From an uncultured Candidatus Rokubacteria bacterium (GTDB lineage Bacteria; Methylomirabilota; Methylomirabilia; Rokubacteriales; CSP1-6), in assembly GCA_963754315.1 (NCBI GenBank), contig CAVWFS010000019.1:849640-913639 (forward strand): 64,000 bases of DNA. The letters are read 5' to 3'. The notes beneath the pieces were generated by a model. That model did not search any database. It was not told the origin of the DNA and saw nothing but the letters and a program-made list of their open reading frames with translations. A program made the position numbers and the translations under genes. This document shows, one piece after another, positions 28,210 through 37,523 of this stretch. Numbering within the stretch: position 1 is the stretch's first letter; every line of letters starts with the position of its first letter.

Positions 28210-29231
28210 GCTCGGCCCAGCCCTCGCCGCTCACACGCTGGGTGGCGGCCGGTCTGTACCATAGCCGATTGATGTCTCCCCTGTCCCGGGCGGTCGGATT
28301 GGCTGCCCGTCCCCCCGCCTTCCAGATTCTCACCTTTCACCGGGTTAACGATGAGCATGATCCCTTTTTCGAGTCGGTCCCCACCCGGGTGTTCGAGCAA
28401 CGCATGGCCTATCTGGCCGAGACGTGCCACGTGCTGACCGTCGAACAACTGGTCAAGCGCGCACGGGCCGGGAACCTTCCCTCCAATGCGGTCGCGATCA
28501 CGTTCGACGATGGCTATCGGGACAATCTGACGCACGGGGCGCCGATTCTCGTACGGCTGGGCCTCCCTGCCACCATTTTCCTGGCCACAGGGTTCATTGG
28601 GACCACCGCCGTCGCCTGGTCCGACCGGGTGGCGATGGCCTTCAAGCTGACCACCCGCGAGTCGCTGATGACGCCCTGGCGAAAGATCGTCAGCCTTACC
28701 AGTCAGACCGACCGGCTGCGCGCCCTCGCGCAGACGATCGCGTTCCTCAAGCAACAGCCCGATGACGAGCTTCGCGTCACCGTCGATCGTTTGCTCGAGA
28801 CCCTGGGGGTGACCGATCAGAAGCCGCTCAAGGATCTCATGCTCACCTGGGACGACGTGAACGCGCTGGTGGGATTGGGCTTCTCAATCGGGGCCCACAC
28901 CGTCAATCACCCGATTCTCTCGCGTGTCAGCGCTCAGCGGGCCCGCACCGAAATCATGGGCTCCCGTCAGATCATCGAATCAGCGTGCGGCCAAGCCCCC
29001 ACGTCATTTGCCTACCCCAACGGCACCGCCGACGATTATACGCAGACGGTCACGCATCTGGTACGCGAGGCCGGATTCACGTCAGCCGTCACCACCCGAT
29101 TCGGACTCAACACGGCCAGCACCTCGCCATTCGAGCTCAGGCGAGGCGGGCCGTGGGAGGAAGACCTCCCGACCTTTGCCCTGAAGCTCGCAGGATATCG
29201 GCTGCTCGGGGCTCGCGCGAACGTCTCATGA
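28206..29231 (+). CDS. polysaccharide deacetylase (NodB-homology domain; PgaB/IcaB-like)
   Basis: 'ILTFHRVNDE...AVAITFDDGYRDNLTHGAPILVRLGLPATIFLATGFIG' NodB motif (TFDDG). Start at M20 of track ORF, ATGA overlap with upstream stop. Confidence 0.8.
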   Translation: MSSAQPSPLTRWVAAGLYHSRLMSPLSRAVGLAARPPAFQILTFHRVNDEHDPFFESVPTRVFEQRMAYLAETCHVLTVEQLVKRARAGNLPSNAVAITFDDGYRDNLTHGAPILVRLGLPATIFLATGFIGTTAVAWSDRVAMAFKLTTRESLMTPWRKIVSLTSQTDRLRALAQTIAFLKQQPDDELRVTVDRLLETLGVTDQKPLKDLMLTWDDVNALVGLGFSIGAHTVNHPILSRVSAQRARTEIMGSRQIIESACGQAPTSFAYPNGTADDYTQTVTHLVREAGFTSAVTTRFGLNTASTSPFELRRGGPWEEDLPTFALKLAGYRLLGARANVS

Positions 29232-30526
29232 AGCGCGTCCTCATGGTCGCCTATCACTTTCCGCCTGAAGCGAGTAGTAGCGGAGTGCTCAGGACCCTCA
29301 AGTTCGGAAAGTATCTGCCCAGCTTCGGGTGGACACCTCATATTCTCACTCTCTGCGAATCTGCCTATCGAGTGCGTGACGAGCAACTCCTCGCCCAGAT
29401 CCCACCGACGGCGGTGATCCATCGCGTGCGCGGCTTCGACGCTACCCGCCACCTCGCCATCCAAGGTCGCTACCCGGCCGCCCTCACCGTGCCCGATCGA
29501 TTCGTGAGCTGGCTGCCCTTCGGCGCCGCCAAGGGACTCGGCGTGATTCGGTCGATGGGCATCCACGCCCTCTATTCGACGAGCCCCTTGCCCACCGCGC
29601 ACCTCATCGCGGCCGTGCTTAGAACGCGGACGGGGATCCCCTGGATTGCCGACTTCAGGGATCCTTGGATCGAGGAAGGGCTCTATCCCCGACCCGGCTC
29701 TCTGCGCAACTGGGTCGAAAGGCGGCTGGAACGCATCGTGATAAGCCAGGCCGACCGGATTACCGTGACGACCCCGCTCTTTCGGGAGGAACTCGCGCGG
29801 CGCTATCCTCAGCTGCCGCCTGAGAAGATCCGGGTCGTCTTCAATGGGTACGACGAGGAAGACTTCGAGGGGATCAAAGCCACCCCTCGCACGGATCGTT
29901 TCGAGATCCTGCACGCGGGGCTGGTCACGCCGGACTATCGGGACCCGCGACCGCTCCTGGACGCGGTGGCGAGCCTAATCGGCGGCGGCCATCTGCCGGC
30001 GGACGACGTGAGGGTCGCCTTTCTCGGAGGCGGCCCCTACCTCGACGCGCCTGCCTTCCGCCAAGTCCTCCAGCAGCGGGGACTAGACCGGGTCGTTGAC
30101 GTGACTGGTCGCGTGTCCTATGAGGAGTCTCTCGTGCGCATGGGCCAGGCTTCGGTCCTCCTTCTGCTGCAGGCCTCCGATGACACTCGATCGTTGATCC
30201 CCGCCAAAGCGTTCGAGTATCTCCGGGCTGGGAGGCCACTGCTGGCCCTCACCTCCGACGGAATGACGGCCGAATTACTGCGCACCACCGGGCGGGGCAT
30301 CGTTGTCCCGCCCGGGAACAGCGAGTCGATCGCGCGCGTCCTACTCGATTTGTACGCGCAGCACCGTGATACCGACCGGCACGACACGGTCGCCGACCCG
30401 GGCAAGGTCGACATCTCGCGCTACGAACGGCGATTTCTGACTGGCGAGCTCGCCCACTTGCTCGATGAAGTCATCGGCGCCGAAGATGTGGCCGCCACGC
30501 CATCCGGCCGCGTCCAGATGGCCTGA
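29228..30526 (+). CDS. glycosyltransferase family 4 (GT-B, exosortase-locus associated)
   Basis: 'MKRVLMVAYHFPPEASSSGV...' N-terminus, C-terminal GT4 donor-binding region ('EGLYPRPG... FEYLRAGRPLLALTSDGMTAEL'). Start at M82 of track ORF overlapping upstream stop. Confidence 0.75.
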   Translation: MKRVLMVAYHFPPEASSSGVLRTLKFGKYLPSFGWTPHILTLCESAYRVRDEQLLAQIPPTAVIHRVRGFDATRHLAIQGRYPAALTVPDRFVSWLPFGAAKGLGVIRSMGIHALYSTSPLPTAHLIAAVLRTRTGIPWIADFRDPWIEEGLYPRPGSLRNWVERRLERIVISQADRITVTTPLFREELARRYPQLPPEKIRVVFNGYDEEDFEGIKATPRTDRFEILHAGLVTPDYRDPRPLLDAVASLIGGGHLPADDVRVAFLGGGPYLDAPAFRQVLQQRGLDRVVDVTGRVSYEESLVRMGQASVLLLLQASDDTRSLIPAKAFEYLRAGRPLLALTSDGMTAELLRTTGRGIVVPPGNSESIARVLLDLYAQHRDTDRHDTVADPGKVDISRYERRFLTGELAHLLDEVIGAEDVAATPSGRVQMA

Positions 30527-31851
30527 TGCGCGACATCGTCCTGACTGCCTTCGTGTTCGCCATGCTGCCGGTCTGCCTGGTCCGTCCTTGGATCGGCATC
30601 TTGATGTGGTCGTGGCTCGGCTACATGAACCCTCACCGGTTGACGTGGGGGTTTGCCTTCACCATGCCGTTTGCCCAGCTGATTGCTGTCACCACGCTGA
30701 TTGGCTTCGTATTCACGAAGGCGCGCGCACCGCTCCCTCGTGTACGTGAGATCTATCTCCTTCTTGGTCTGTGGGCGGTGTTCACGGTATCGACCCAGTT
30801 CGCCCTTTATCCTGAGAGCGCCTGGGATCAGCTGACCAAGGTGTCGAAGATCTTCTTCATGACTCTGATCACCATATCCCTCTGCCAGGAATCCCGCAAA
30901 GTCCACGCCCTCGTCTGGGTCATCGCGATGTCTCTGGGCTTCTTCGGCCTCAAGGGAGGCATCTGGGCGGTGCTCACCGGCGCCGAGAACCAGGTCCTGG
31001 GTCCCGCCGGCTCCTTCATCGAAGGCAATACCGAGATCGGCCTGGCGTTGGTCATGAATTTGCCCCTCCTCCTCTACGTTCGGCGCGAGGAGAAGCGCGG
31101 CTGGCTGCGCCTCCTGCTCATAATCATGTTCGGTTTCTCCACGATCGCTATTGTCGGCACCTATTCACGGGGCGCGCTGCTGGGACTGCTGGTTGTCCTG
31201 GCGGTGCTCGTTCTGAAGAGCCGGGCGAGGGTCCTGGCGGTCGTCTTGCTCCTCGTCGGCATCCTCCTTGTGACCCCGATGATCCCCGAGAAGTGGTTCG
31301 CGAGGATGGACACCATCAACACGTATGAGCAGGACGGATCGGCCATGGCCCGGCTGACGGTCTGGTACGCCGCCTGGCAACTCGGTCTCGAGCACCCAAT
31401 GCTAGGAGGGGGCTTCAAGACGTTTGACAAGGCCGTCATCAACAAGTACGTGCCGGAGTGGAACCTGGACACCGACGCGCACAACATCTTCTTCCAGATT
31501 CTCGGCGAACATGGGTTTACTGGTCTCGCACTCTATCTAGCCCTCACGATCTCAACGCTGCTCAGCCTGCGTCGTCTGGAACGCCGTACCCGTCATGAAC
31601 CAACTCTGAGCCGGATTCACAACCTCAGCCAGCTCGTACAGGTCAGTCTGGTCGGTTACATGGTGAGCGGGTTTTTCCTCGGTCTCTGCTATTTCGACCT
31701 CTTCTATCACCTTGTCGCCATCACCATCATCCTTAAGCAGCTGGCGTTGGCCGGTGAACGGGTGCCGACGGCGCTAGCCACCGAGGCACCTCCCACGTCG
31801 CTCGTGCGGCGCCCTAGCCCTTGGGGCCGGCCCGCGCTGGGGAGCGGTTGA
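30526..31851 (+). CDS. O-antigen ligase/polymerase-like membrane protein (Wzy_C domain; putative O-glycosylation ligase, exosortase-system associated)
   Basis: ~10 TM helices. Wzy_C signature 'YSRGALLGLLVVLAVL...DAHNIFFQILGEHGFTGLALYLAL'. Confidence 0.8.
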   Translation: MRDIVLTAFVFAMLPVCLVRPWIGILMWSWLGYMNPHRLTWGFAFTMPFAQLIAVTTLIGFVFTKARAPLPRVREIYLLLGLWAVFTVSTQFALYPESAWDQLTKVSKIFFMTLITISLCQESRKVHALVWVIAMSLGFFGLKGGIWAVLTGAENQVLGPAGSFIEGNTEIGLALVMNLPLLLYVRREEKRGWLRLLLIIMFGFSTIAIVGTYSRGALLGLLVVLAVLVLKSRARVLAVVLLLVGILLVTPMIPEKWFARMDTINTYEQDGSAMARLTVWYAAWQLGLEHPMLGGGFKTFDKAVINKYVPEWNLDTDAHNIFFQILGEHGFTGLALYLALTISTLLSLRRLERRTRHEPTLSRIHNLSQLVQVSLVGYMVSGFFLGLCYFDLFYHLVAITIILKQLALAGERVPTALATEAPPTSLVRRPSPWGRPALGSG

Positions 31852-31854
31852 TAT

Positions 31855-33723
31855 ATGTGCGGGATCGCTGGCGTTCTTAACCTAAACGGTCGGCCCGCGG
31901 ACGCTCGGCTGCTTCGGGCGATGACGGACTCGCTCACCCATCGAGGCCCCGACGGGGCCGGAGCCTGGGTCAGCGGTCCGGTGGCCCTGGGCCATCGGCG
32001 GCTCGCCATCATCGACCTCGCCACCGGCTCCCAGCCAATGGGGAACGAAGAGGGGACGGTCTGGCTCACCTACAATGGCGAGCTCTACAACTTTCGCGAA
32101 CTGCGAGTCGAGCTCGAAGCACGCGGGTTTACTTTTCGGACGAACTCGGACACCGAGGTGCTTCTGAGGGCGTACGAAGCGTTCGGCGTCGAATGTCTAC
32201 TGCGCCTGCGCGGGATGTTCGCCTTTGCTATCTGGGATGACCGCCGCCGCCGGCTCTTTCTGGCGCGCGACCGAGTAGGCATCAAGCCTCTCGTGTACGC
32301 CGCCGACGGTCAGCGCGTGCTCTTCGCCTCCGAAATTAAGGGAATCCTTCAGGACCCGACGGTCTCGCGTGAGTTGGACTGGGTAGCGGTGCGCGACTAC
32401 CTTGCTCATTCCTATATCCCAAGCCCGCGCACAATTTTTCGTGGCATCCGCAAGCTTCCCCCCGGCTCCTATCTCGTCCTCGACGCGGGCATGGCCGAGC
32501 CTGAGGTTCGCCGCTACTGGGACCTTCAGTTCAGGCCAGATGAGACGCGGTCAGACGCGGAGTGGTTGGAAGACTTGCGCTGGCATCTTGGCGACGCAGT
32601 CCGCAGTCACCTGGTCAGCGACGTCCCGGTCGGCGCCTTCCTGAGCGGCGGCCTCGACTCGAGCACGGTGGTGGCCTTTATGGCGGGGGCGGCGGAAGCG
32701 CCGCGTACCTTTTCTATCGGCTTCGACGAGACCGAGTTCGACGAGCTTCCGTTTGCCCGCACGGTGGCCCGGAGGTACCGGACCGACCATTGCGAATTTG
32801 TCGTCAAACCAGACGCACTCGATGTGCTGCCACGCCTAAGCAGGCAGTTCGACGAGCCGTTCGGTGACGCTTCTGCCGTCCCCACCTACTACGTCTCGAA
32901 GATCGCGCGCGAGCACGTCACCGTGGTCCTCTCGGGTGACGGAGGAGACGAGAACTTTGCCGGCTACTCGCGCTACCAGCGGGCCCAAACCCTCCACAGG
33001 CGGCTCGATCATCTGCCCGGTAGCGTTGTACGAGCGCTCCTCCGTCTGGCCGCCCGCTGGTGGCGGCCCGGCGCCCGCGGGCAAGGCTATCTCGAGCTGC
33101 TCGGCGCGGATCCGGTGGAGCGCTACTTCCGGATGGTCACCTTCCACACGAGCGCGAGCCTGGCTCGCCTCCTCACCGCCGAGGCGCGCGCGCAGGTCGC
33201 GCCAAAAGTCGATCCTGCTCTTTTTCGGCGCCTGATCGATGTGGACAACGTATCCGATTACCTTTCAACCCTCCAGTACCTGGACATCCGAACTTATCTC
33301 CCCGAGGACATTCTGACCAAGGTCGACCGCACTAGCATGCTCGTCTCCCTCGAGTCGCGCGTTCCCCTGCTCGATCACATCCTCATGGAGTTTTTGGCAA
33401 CGATGCCGACGCGGCTGAAATACGAAGCCGGCCACGGCAAAGTCATCCTGAAGCGGGCCATGGCCAATGACCTGCCCGACGAGGTGCTCCGGCGTCGGAA
33501 GATGGGGTTCGGCGTCCCTCTGGGCACCTGGTTCCGCGGCACACTGGCTGACTACTCCCGCGACCTTCTGACAGGATCCCGGGCGAGCCAACGCGGCATC
33601 TTCGACCCGGTCGCGGTAGCCGCCCTGCTCGACGCGCATGCCACGGGGCATGACCGGTCGAGTCAGATTTGGTCCCTTCTGTGCTTCGAAGAATGGGCAC
33701 GGCAATGGCTCGACCGATCCTGA
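31855..33723 (+). CDS. asparagine synthetase-family amidotransferase #2 (glutamine-hydrolysing, exosortase-system associated)
   Basis: 'MCGIAGVLNL' Ntn-glutaminase start; 'LSGGLDSSTVVAFM' PP-loop; full-length AsnB organisation. Confidence 0.85.
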   Translation: MCGIAGVLNLNGRPADARLLRAMTDSLTHRGPDGAGAWVSGPVALGHRRLAIIDLATGSQPMGNEEGTVWLTYNGELYNFRELRVELEARGFTFRTNSDTEVLLRAYEAFGVECLLRLRGMFAFAIWDDRRRRLFLARDRVGIKPLVYAADGQRVLFASEIKGILQDPTVSRELDWVAVRDYLAHSYIPSPRTIFRGIRKLPPGSYLVLDAGMAEPEVRRYWDLQFRPDETRSDAEWLEDLRWHLGDAVRSHLVSDVPVGAFLSGGLDSSTVVAFMAGAAEAPRTFSIGFDETEFDELPFARTVARRYRTDHCEFVVKPDALDVLPRLSRQFDEPFGDASAVPTYYVSKIAREHVTVVLSGDGGDENFAGYSRYQRAQTLHRRLDHLPGSVVRALLRLAARWWRPGARGQGYLELLGADPVERYFRMVTFHTSASLARLLTAEARAQVAPKVDPALFRRLIDVDNVSDYLSTLQYLDIRTYLPEDILTKVDRTSMLVSLESRVPLLDHILMEFLATMPTRLKYEAGHGKVILKRAMANDLPDEVLRRRKMGFGVPLGTWFRGTLADYSRDLLTGSRASQRGIFDPVAVAALLDAHATGHDRSSQIWSLLCFEEWARQWLDRS

Positions 33724-33742
33724 TTCTTTGCGAGCGAAGATA

Positions 33743-34861
33743 ATGGTCCACATCGTTCATGTCGTGCACTCGCTGGAAGTGGGAGGCACCGAGATGGGCG
33801 TCGTCAATCTCATCTCTGCCCTCCGGGACGACTTTCGCCATACCGTGGTGGCCATGACTGGAGCAGGCCCCCTCGCCGCGCGACTCCCGCTCGAGGTCGC
33901 CCTGTACCAGCTCGGCAAGCAGCCGGGAAAGGACGTCAAGACGTTCACACGGCTGATCATGCTACTCCGAAAGCTAGCGCCCGAGGTCGTACACACGCGG
34001 AGCTGGGCGGCGATGGATGCCGTGGTGGCGGCCCGGCTGAGCCGGGTGCCGGTTGTCGTGCACGGAGAGCACGGTCGGGAGGCGATGGACCCTCACGGGT
34101 TGAACCGGCGCCGGAACCGTGTGCGCCGATTGTTGACCCCATTCATCGACCGCTTCGTAACTGTCTCCTGCGATCTCGGGCGCTGGCTCGACATGACCGT
34201 CGGCGTCCCGCCCCGGAAGATCCTGACGATTCACAATGGGGTCGACACCTGCCGATTTTCCGGTGACCACCGGGAGGCCGGCCGCCGCGCTCTGAAACTC
34301 GCGCCGGAGACGGTCGCCGTCGGCACCGTTGGCCGGCTCGATCCCGTCAAGGGTCAACATGGGCTGCTGGAAGGCTTTGCCGGGGTCGATGCGGAGCTGG
34401 CGCCGACTGCCCTGGTCGTGGTCGGAGACGGCCCCTGCCGAAGCGCCCTCGCGGGTCGCGCACGTCAACGGGATCTTTTGGGACGCGTCCATCTGCTCGG
34501 CGAGCGGGCCGACATCCCAATACTCCTCGGGGGACTCGACGTCTACGTGCTGCCCTCCATCGCGGAGGGAATTTCCAACACCATCCTGGAAGCTATGGCC
34601 ACCGGCCTACCGGTGATTGCCACACGCACTGGCGGCAACCCCGAATTGGTCGAGGACGGCGCGACCGGGATGCTGGTTCCGGTGGGAGACTCCGCGATGC
34701 TTACTGCCGCACTGACGACATATCTGAGGCGTCCTGACCTTCGCGCCGCCCACGGTACGGCCGGCCGCCAGCGGGCGGTGGAGAGCTTTGCGCTCGAACG
34801 GATGACTCGGCGATATCGCGACCTCTATTGCGAGCTGATCCGGGAGAAAGTTGCCGCCTAG
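33743..34861 (+). CDS. glycosyltransferase family 4 (sugar transferase, PEP-CTERM/EpsH1-system associated type)
   Basis: 'MVHIVHVVHSLEVGGTEMGVVNLISAL' N-terminus; C-terminal 'EGISNTILEAMATGLPVIATRTGGNPELVEDGATGMLVP' GT4 motif. Start at M36 of track ORF. Confidence 0.8.
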   Translation: MVHIVHVVHSLEVGGTEMGVVNLISALRDDFRHTVVAMTGAGPLAARLPLEVALYQLGKQPGKDVKTFTRLIMLLRKLAPEVVHTRSWAAMDAVVAARLSRVPVVVHGEHGREAMDPHGLNRRRNRVRRLLTPFIDRFVTVSCDLGRWLDMTVGVPPRKILTIHNGVDTCRFSGDHREAGRRALKLAPETVAVGTVGRLDPVKGQHGLLEGFAGVDAELAPTALVVVGDGPCRSALAGRARQRDLLGRVHLLGERADIPILLGGLDVYVLPSIAEGISNTILEAMATGLPVIATRTGGNPELVEDGATGMLVPVGDSAMLTAALTTYLRRPDLRAAHGTAGRQRAVESFALERMTRRYRDLYCELIREKVAA

Positions 34862-34863
34862 CC

Positions 34864-36767
34864 ATGTGTGGAATTGCCGGTATCGTCCACGCCGACCCCA
34901 AGTATCCGATCGATCTCGACTTGCTCCGTCGCATGACCATGACTCTTGAACATCGGGGCCCTGATGCCCAGAGTGTTCGGGGGTGGCGCGGCGCCGCCTT
35001 CGGCCACCGCCGCCTCAGCATCATCGATCTGGCCACGGGGGATCAGCCCGTTTTCAACGAAGACCGGACGAAGGCGGTGGTGTTAAACGGCGAGATCTAT
35101 AACTATCACGACCTGCGCGCTGAGCTCGAAGCGCGGGGCCACCGCTTCGCGACGCAGAGCGATACGGAGTCTATCGTCCACGCCTACGAGGAATACGGGG
35201 ATCGCTGCGTGGAACACCTCCGCGGGATGTTCGCATTCGCGGTCTGGGATGACCGCGAGCGGCGCCTGCTGTTAGCTCGGGACCGGGTCGGCAAGAAACC
35301 CCTCTACTATACCCACGACGGAGAGCGCCTCGCCTTCGCCTCCGAACTGAAGGCGCTGCTTGCAGACCCTGCTTGCAAGCGGGAGATAGACCTCCAAACC
35401 CTGAACGACTACTTTTCGCTGGGAGCGGTGCAGGCGCCGGCGACGATCTTTCGGGGTGTGCGCCAGCTTCCTCCCGCGCACCTGCTCGTGTGGAAACAGG
35501 GGGTCATACGGATCCACGAGTACTGGGATGTTCCCCGCGACCCGATCGAGCCGAAAACGGAAGCCCAGGCTCTCGAGCAGTTTGCCGAGATATTCGAAGA
35601 GGCGGTGCGACTACGACTCATGAGCGACGTGCCGCTCGGCGCATTCTTGAGCGGAGGGGTCGACTCGAGCGCAGTGGTCGCCATGATGGCGCGACTTTCG
35701 CGGCGGGCGGTGGTGACGACGAGTGTCGGCTTCGCCGAGCGGGCCTTTAACGAGATCGAGCACGCTCGTGCGGTCGCTCGTACGATCAGGAGCGATCACT
35801 CCGAAGTGCTCGTGCGCTCGCAGGCCGCTGACATCCTACCGAGGCTGGTCTGGCATCTCGACGAGCCGTTCGCGGACTCCTCTGCCCTGCCCACGTACTA
35901 CGTCGCCAAGGCCGCCCGGGAACGGGTGACGGTCGCGCTCTCCGGCGACGGCGGTGACGAGGGGTTTGCCGGTTATCAGCGCCGCTATGGCCTTAACGCC
36001 TGGGAGACTCGCTGCCGACGTTGGCTCCCGGGTTGGGTCCGCACCGGCATTCTAGCTCCGGCCGGCACGATATATCCAAAAGCCGACTGGCTTCCCCGGC
36101 CGCTGCGAGCCCGATACTTCCTCCAGAACCTCGGGACGACGTTCGAGCGGGCCTACTTCGCCGATCTCTCCCTGTTCCGACGAGAAGAGAAGGCTGCCCT
36201 CCTCTCCGCGGAGCTCAGAAGGGAACTCAACGGGCACGACTCCTTCACGGCCTTCGCGCGCCACTTCGCGCGCGTGGCCGGCCTGGATCCCCTACGCCAG
36301 CTGCTCTATGTCGATCTCAAGACCTGGCTCGCCAACGACATCCTGGTCAAAGTTGATCGGATGAGCATGGCGAACTCGCTCGAGGTTCGCTCCCCGTTCC
36401 TGGACCACAAGGTGATCGAGTTTGCCGCCACCTTGCCGTCCAACCTCAAGTATCGCGGGCGCACTTCTAAGTACCTTCTGAAACGCCACCTGGAGGGGCA
36501 GCTCCCGCGTTCCGTGATTCATCGTGCGAAACATGGATTCGAGATGCCAGTGGCCGCCTGGCTCCGCGGCGAGCTGCGGGAGATGGGTCAGGAGCTGTTA
36601 CTGTCGCCGCGCGCACTCAATCGTGGCTACGTGGTGGCGTCTGGCGTACGCCGTCTCTGGGACCCCACCAGCGAGGTCTCCAGGATCACTCGGCACGGCT
36701 CTGGGCCCTGCTTGTCCTCGAGCTGTGGCACCGGACGTTCGTGGATCGGGTGCCACCGGGCATATGA
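34864..36767 (+). CDS. asparagine synthetase-family amidotransferase #3; C-terminal 30 aa reached only after a -1 frameshift in a C-run (~36672)
   Basis: 'MCGIAGIVHA' start (M13 of track ORF 34828..37110); 'LSGGVDSSAVVAMM' PP-loop. Expected C-terminus '...DHSARLWALLVLELWHRTFVDRVPPGI*' (compare paralogs ending '...ILWTVLMLELWHQRHV' / '...IWSLLCFEEWARQW') lies in the -1 frame after 'gaccccacc'. Its TGA forms an ATGA overlap with the next gene's start. The track's 760-aa read-through is an artefact of the shift. Confidence 0.7.
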
Positions 36768-37501
36768 AGACGTTCGACGCGCAGTGGCAGGCTCGCTTCG
36801 AGCGCTTCGCGGCTGGCTCCTCCGAGGACCATGCGGTCTCGGGCTGGTCGCGCGAAGGACTTCAGCGGCGTGTCCGGCTGTTCCAGGGGCTGCTGGGGGA
36901 GCTGGCGCTGCCACATCCGGCCAGTGTTCTCGACCTTGGCTGTGGAGCGGGAACGTACGTTCGCACTCTGAGCGGACTCGGTCACATGGCGGTCGGGATG
37001 GACTACGCGTTCCAGAGCCTGCGGCGCGGGGTCGCCGCGGACCCAGGAGGCGAGGGACGCTATCTTGCCGCCGACGGGGTGGCCCTGCCATTTCGGTCAA
37101 ACTCCTTTGATCTGATCACTTGCATTGGCGTGCTTCAGGCGGTGAGTCGTCCCGAGATGCTTGTCGCGCAAATTGCGCGCGTGCTGCGCCCGGGGGGCAT
37201 TCTGATCATCGAGGTCTTGAATCCGCTGGAGCTGCCGGCACTCGGTCAACGAGTACTGGACGCCCTCAACTCGCGGCCGCCTCGACTCCGCCGGCACCGT
37301 TCTTCACAGATGCGACAATGGTTAGCCGGCTGGGGCATCCCGGTTGTGCGCCAGGTAGGTGTCTACCTTCCGCCGCGCAGTCACCCAGGGCTAGGCCGCG
37401 TCTTTGATTATCCACGTCTCACACGCCTTCTTGAGCTCGTTCCGTTTGGGTCTTCGATGGTCGCGCACGCCTTTTGGCTGTTAGGAAGAAAGGTGACATG
37501 A
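36764..37501 (+). CDS. class I SAM-dependent methyltransferase (Methyltransf_11-like)
   Basis: Motif I 'VLDLGCGAGTY'; post-I 'GMDYA'; motif II/III 'LRPGGILIIEV'. Start at M81 of track ORF 36524..37501. Confidence 0.7.
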   Translation: MKTFDAQWQARFERFAAGSSEDHAVSGWSREGLQRRVRLFQGLLGELALPHPASVLDLGCGAGTYVRTLSGLGHMAVGMDYAFQSLRRGVAADPGGEGRYLAADGVALPFRSNSFDLITCIGVLQAVSRPEMLVAQIARVLRPGGILIIEVLNPLELPALGQRVLDALNSRPPRLRRHRSSQMRQWLAGWGIPVVRQVGVYLPPRSHPGLGRVFDYPRLTRLLELVPFGSSMVAHAFWLLGRKVT

Positions 37502-37523
37502 GCGTGCGGCTTGGAGCGCGGAC

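Noticed and set aside
34828-37110. 760-aa read-through ORF in the ORF track
   Set aside because: Artefact of a -1 frameshift near 36672. The conserved AsnB C-terminus and an ATGA-coupled downstream methyltransferase start are in the other frames.
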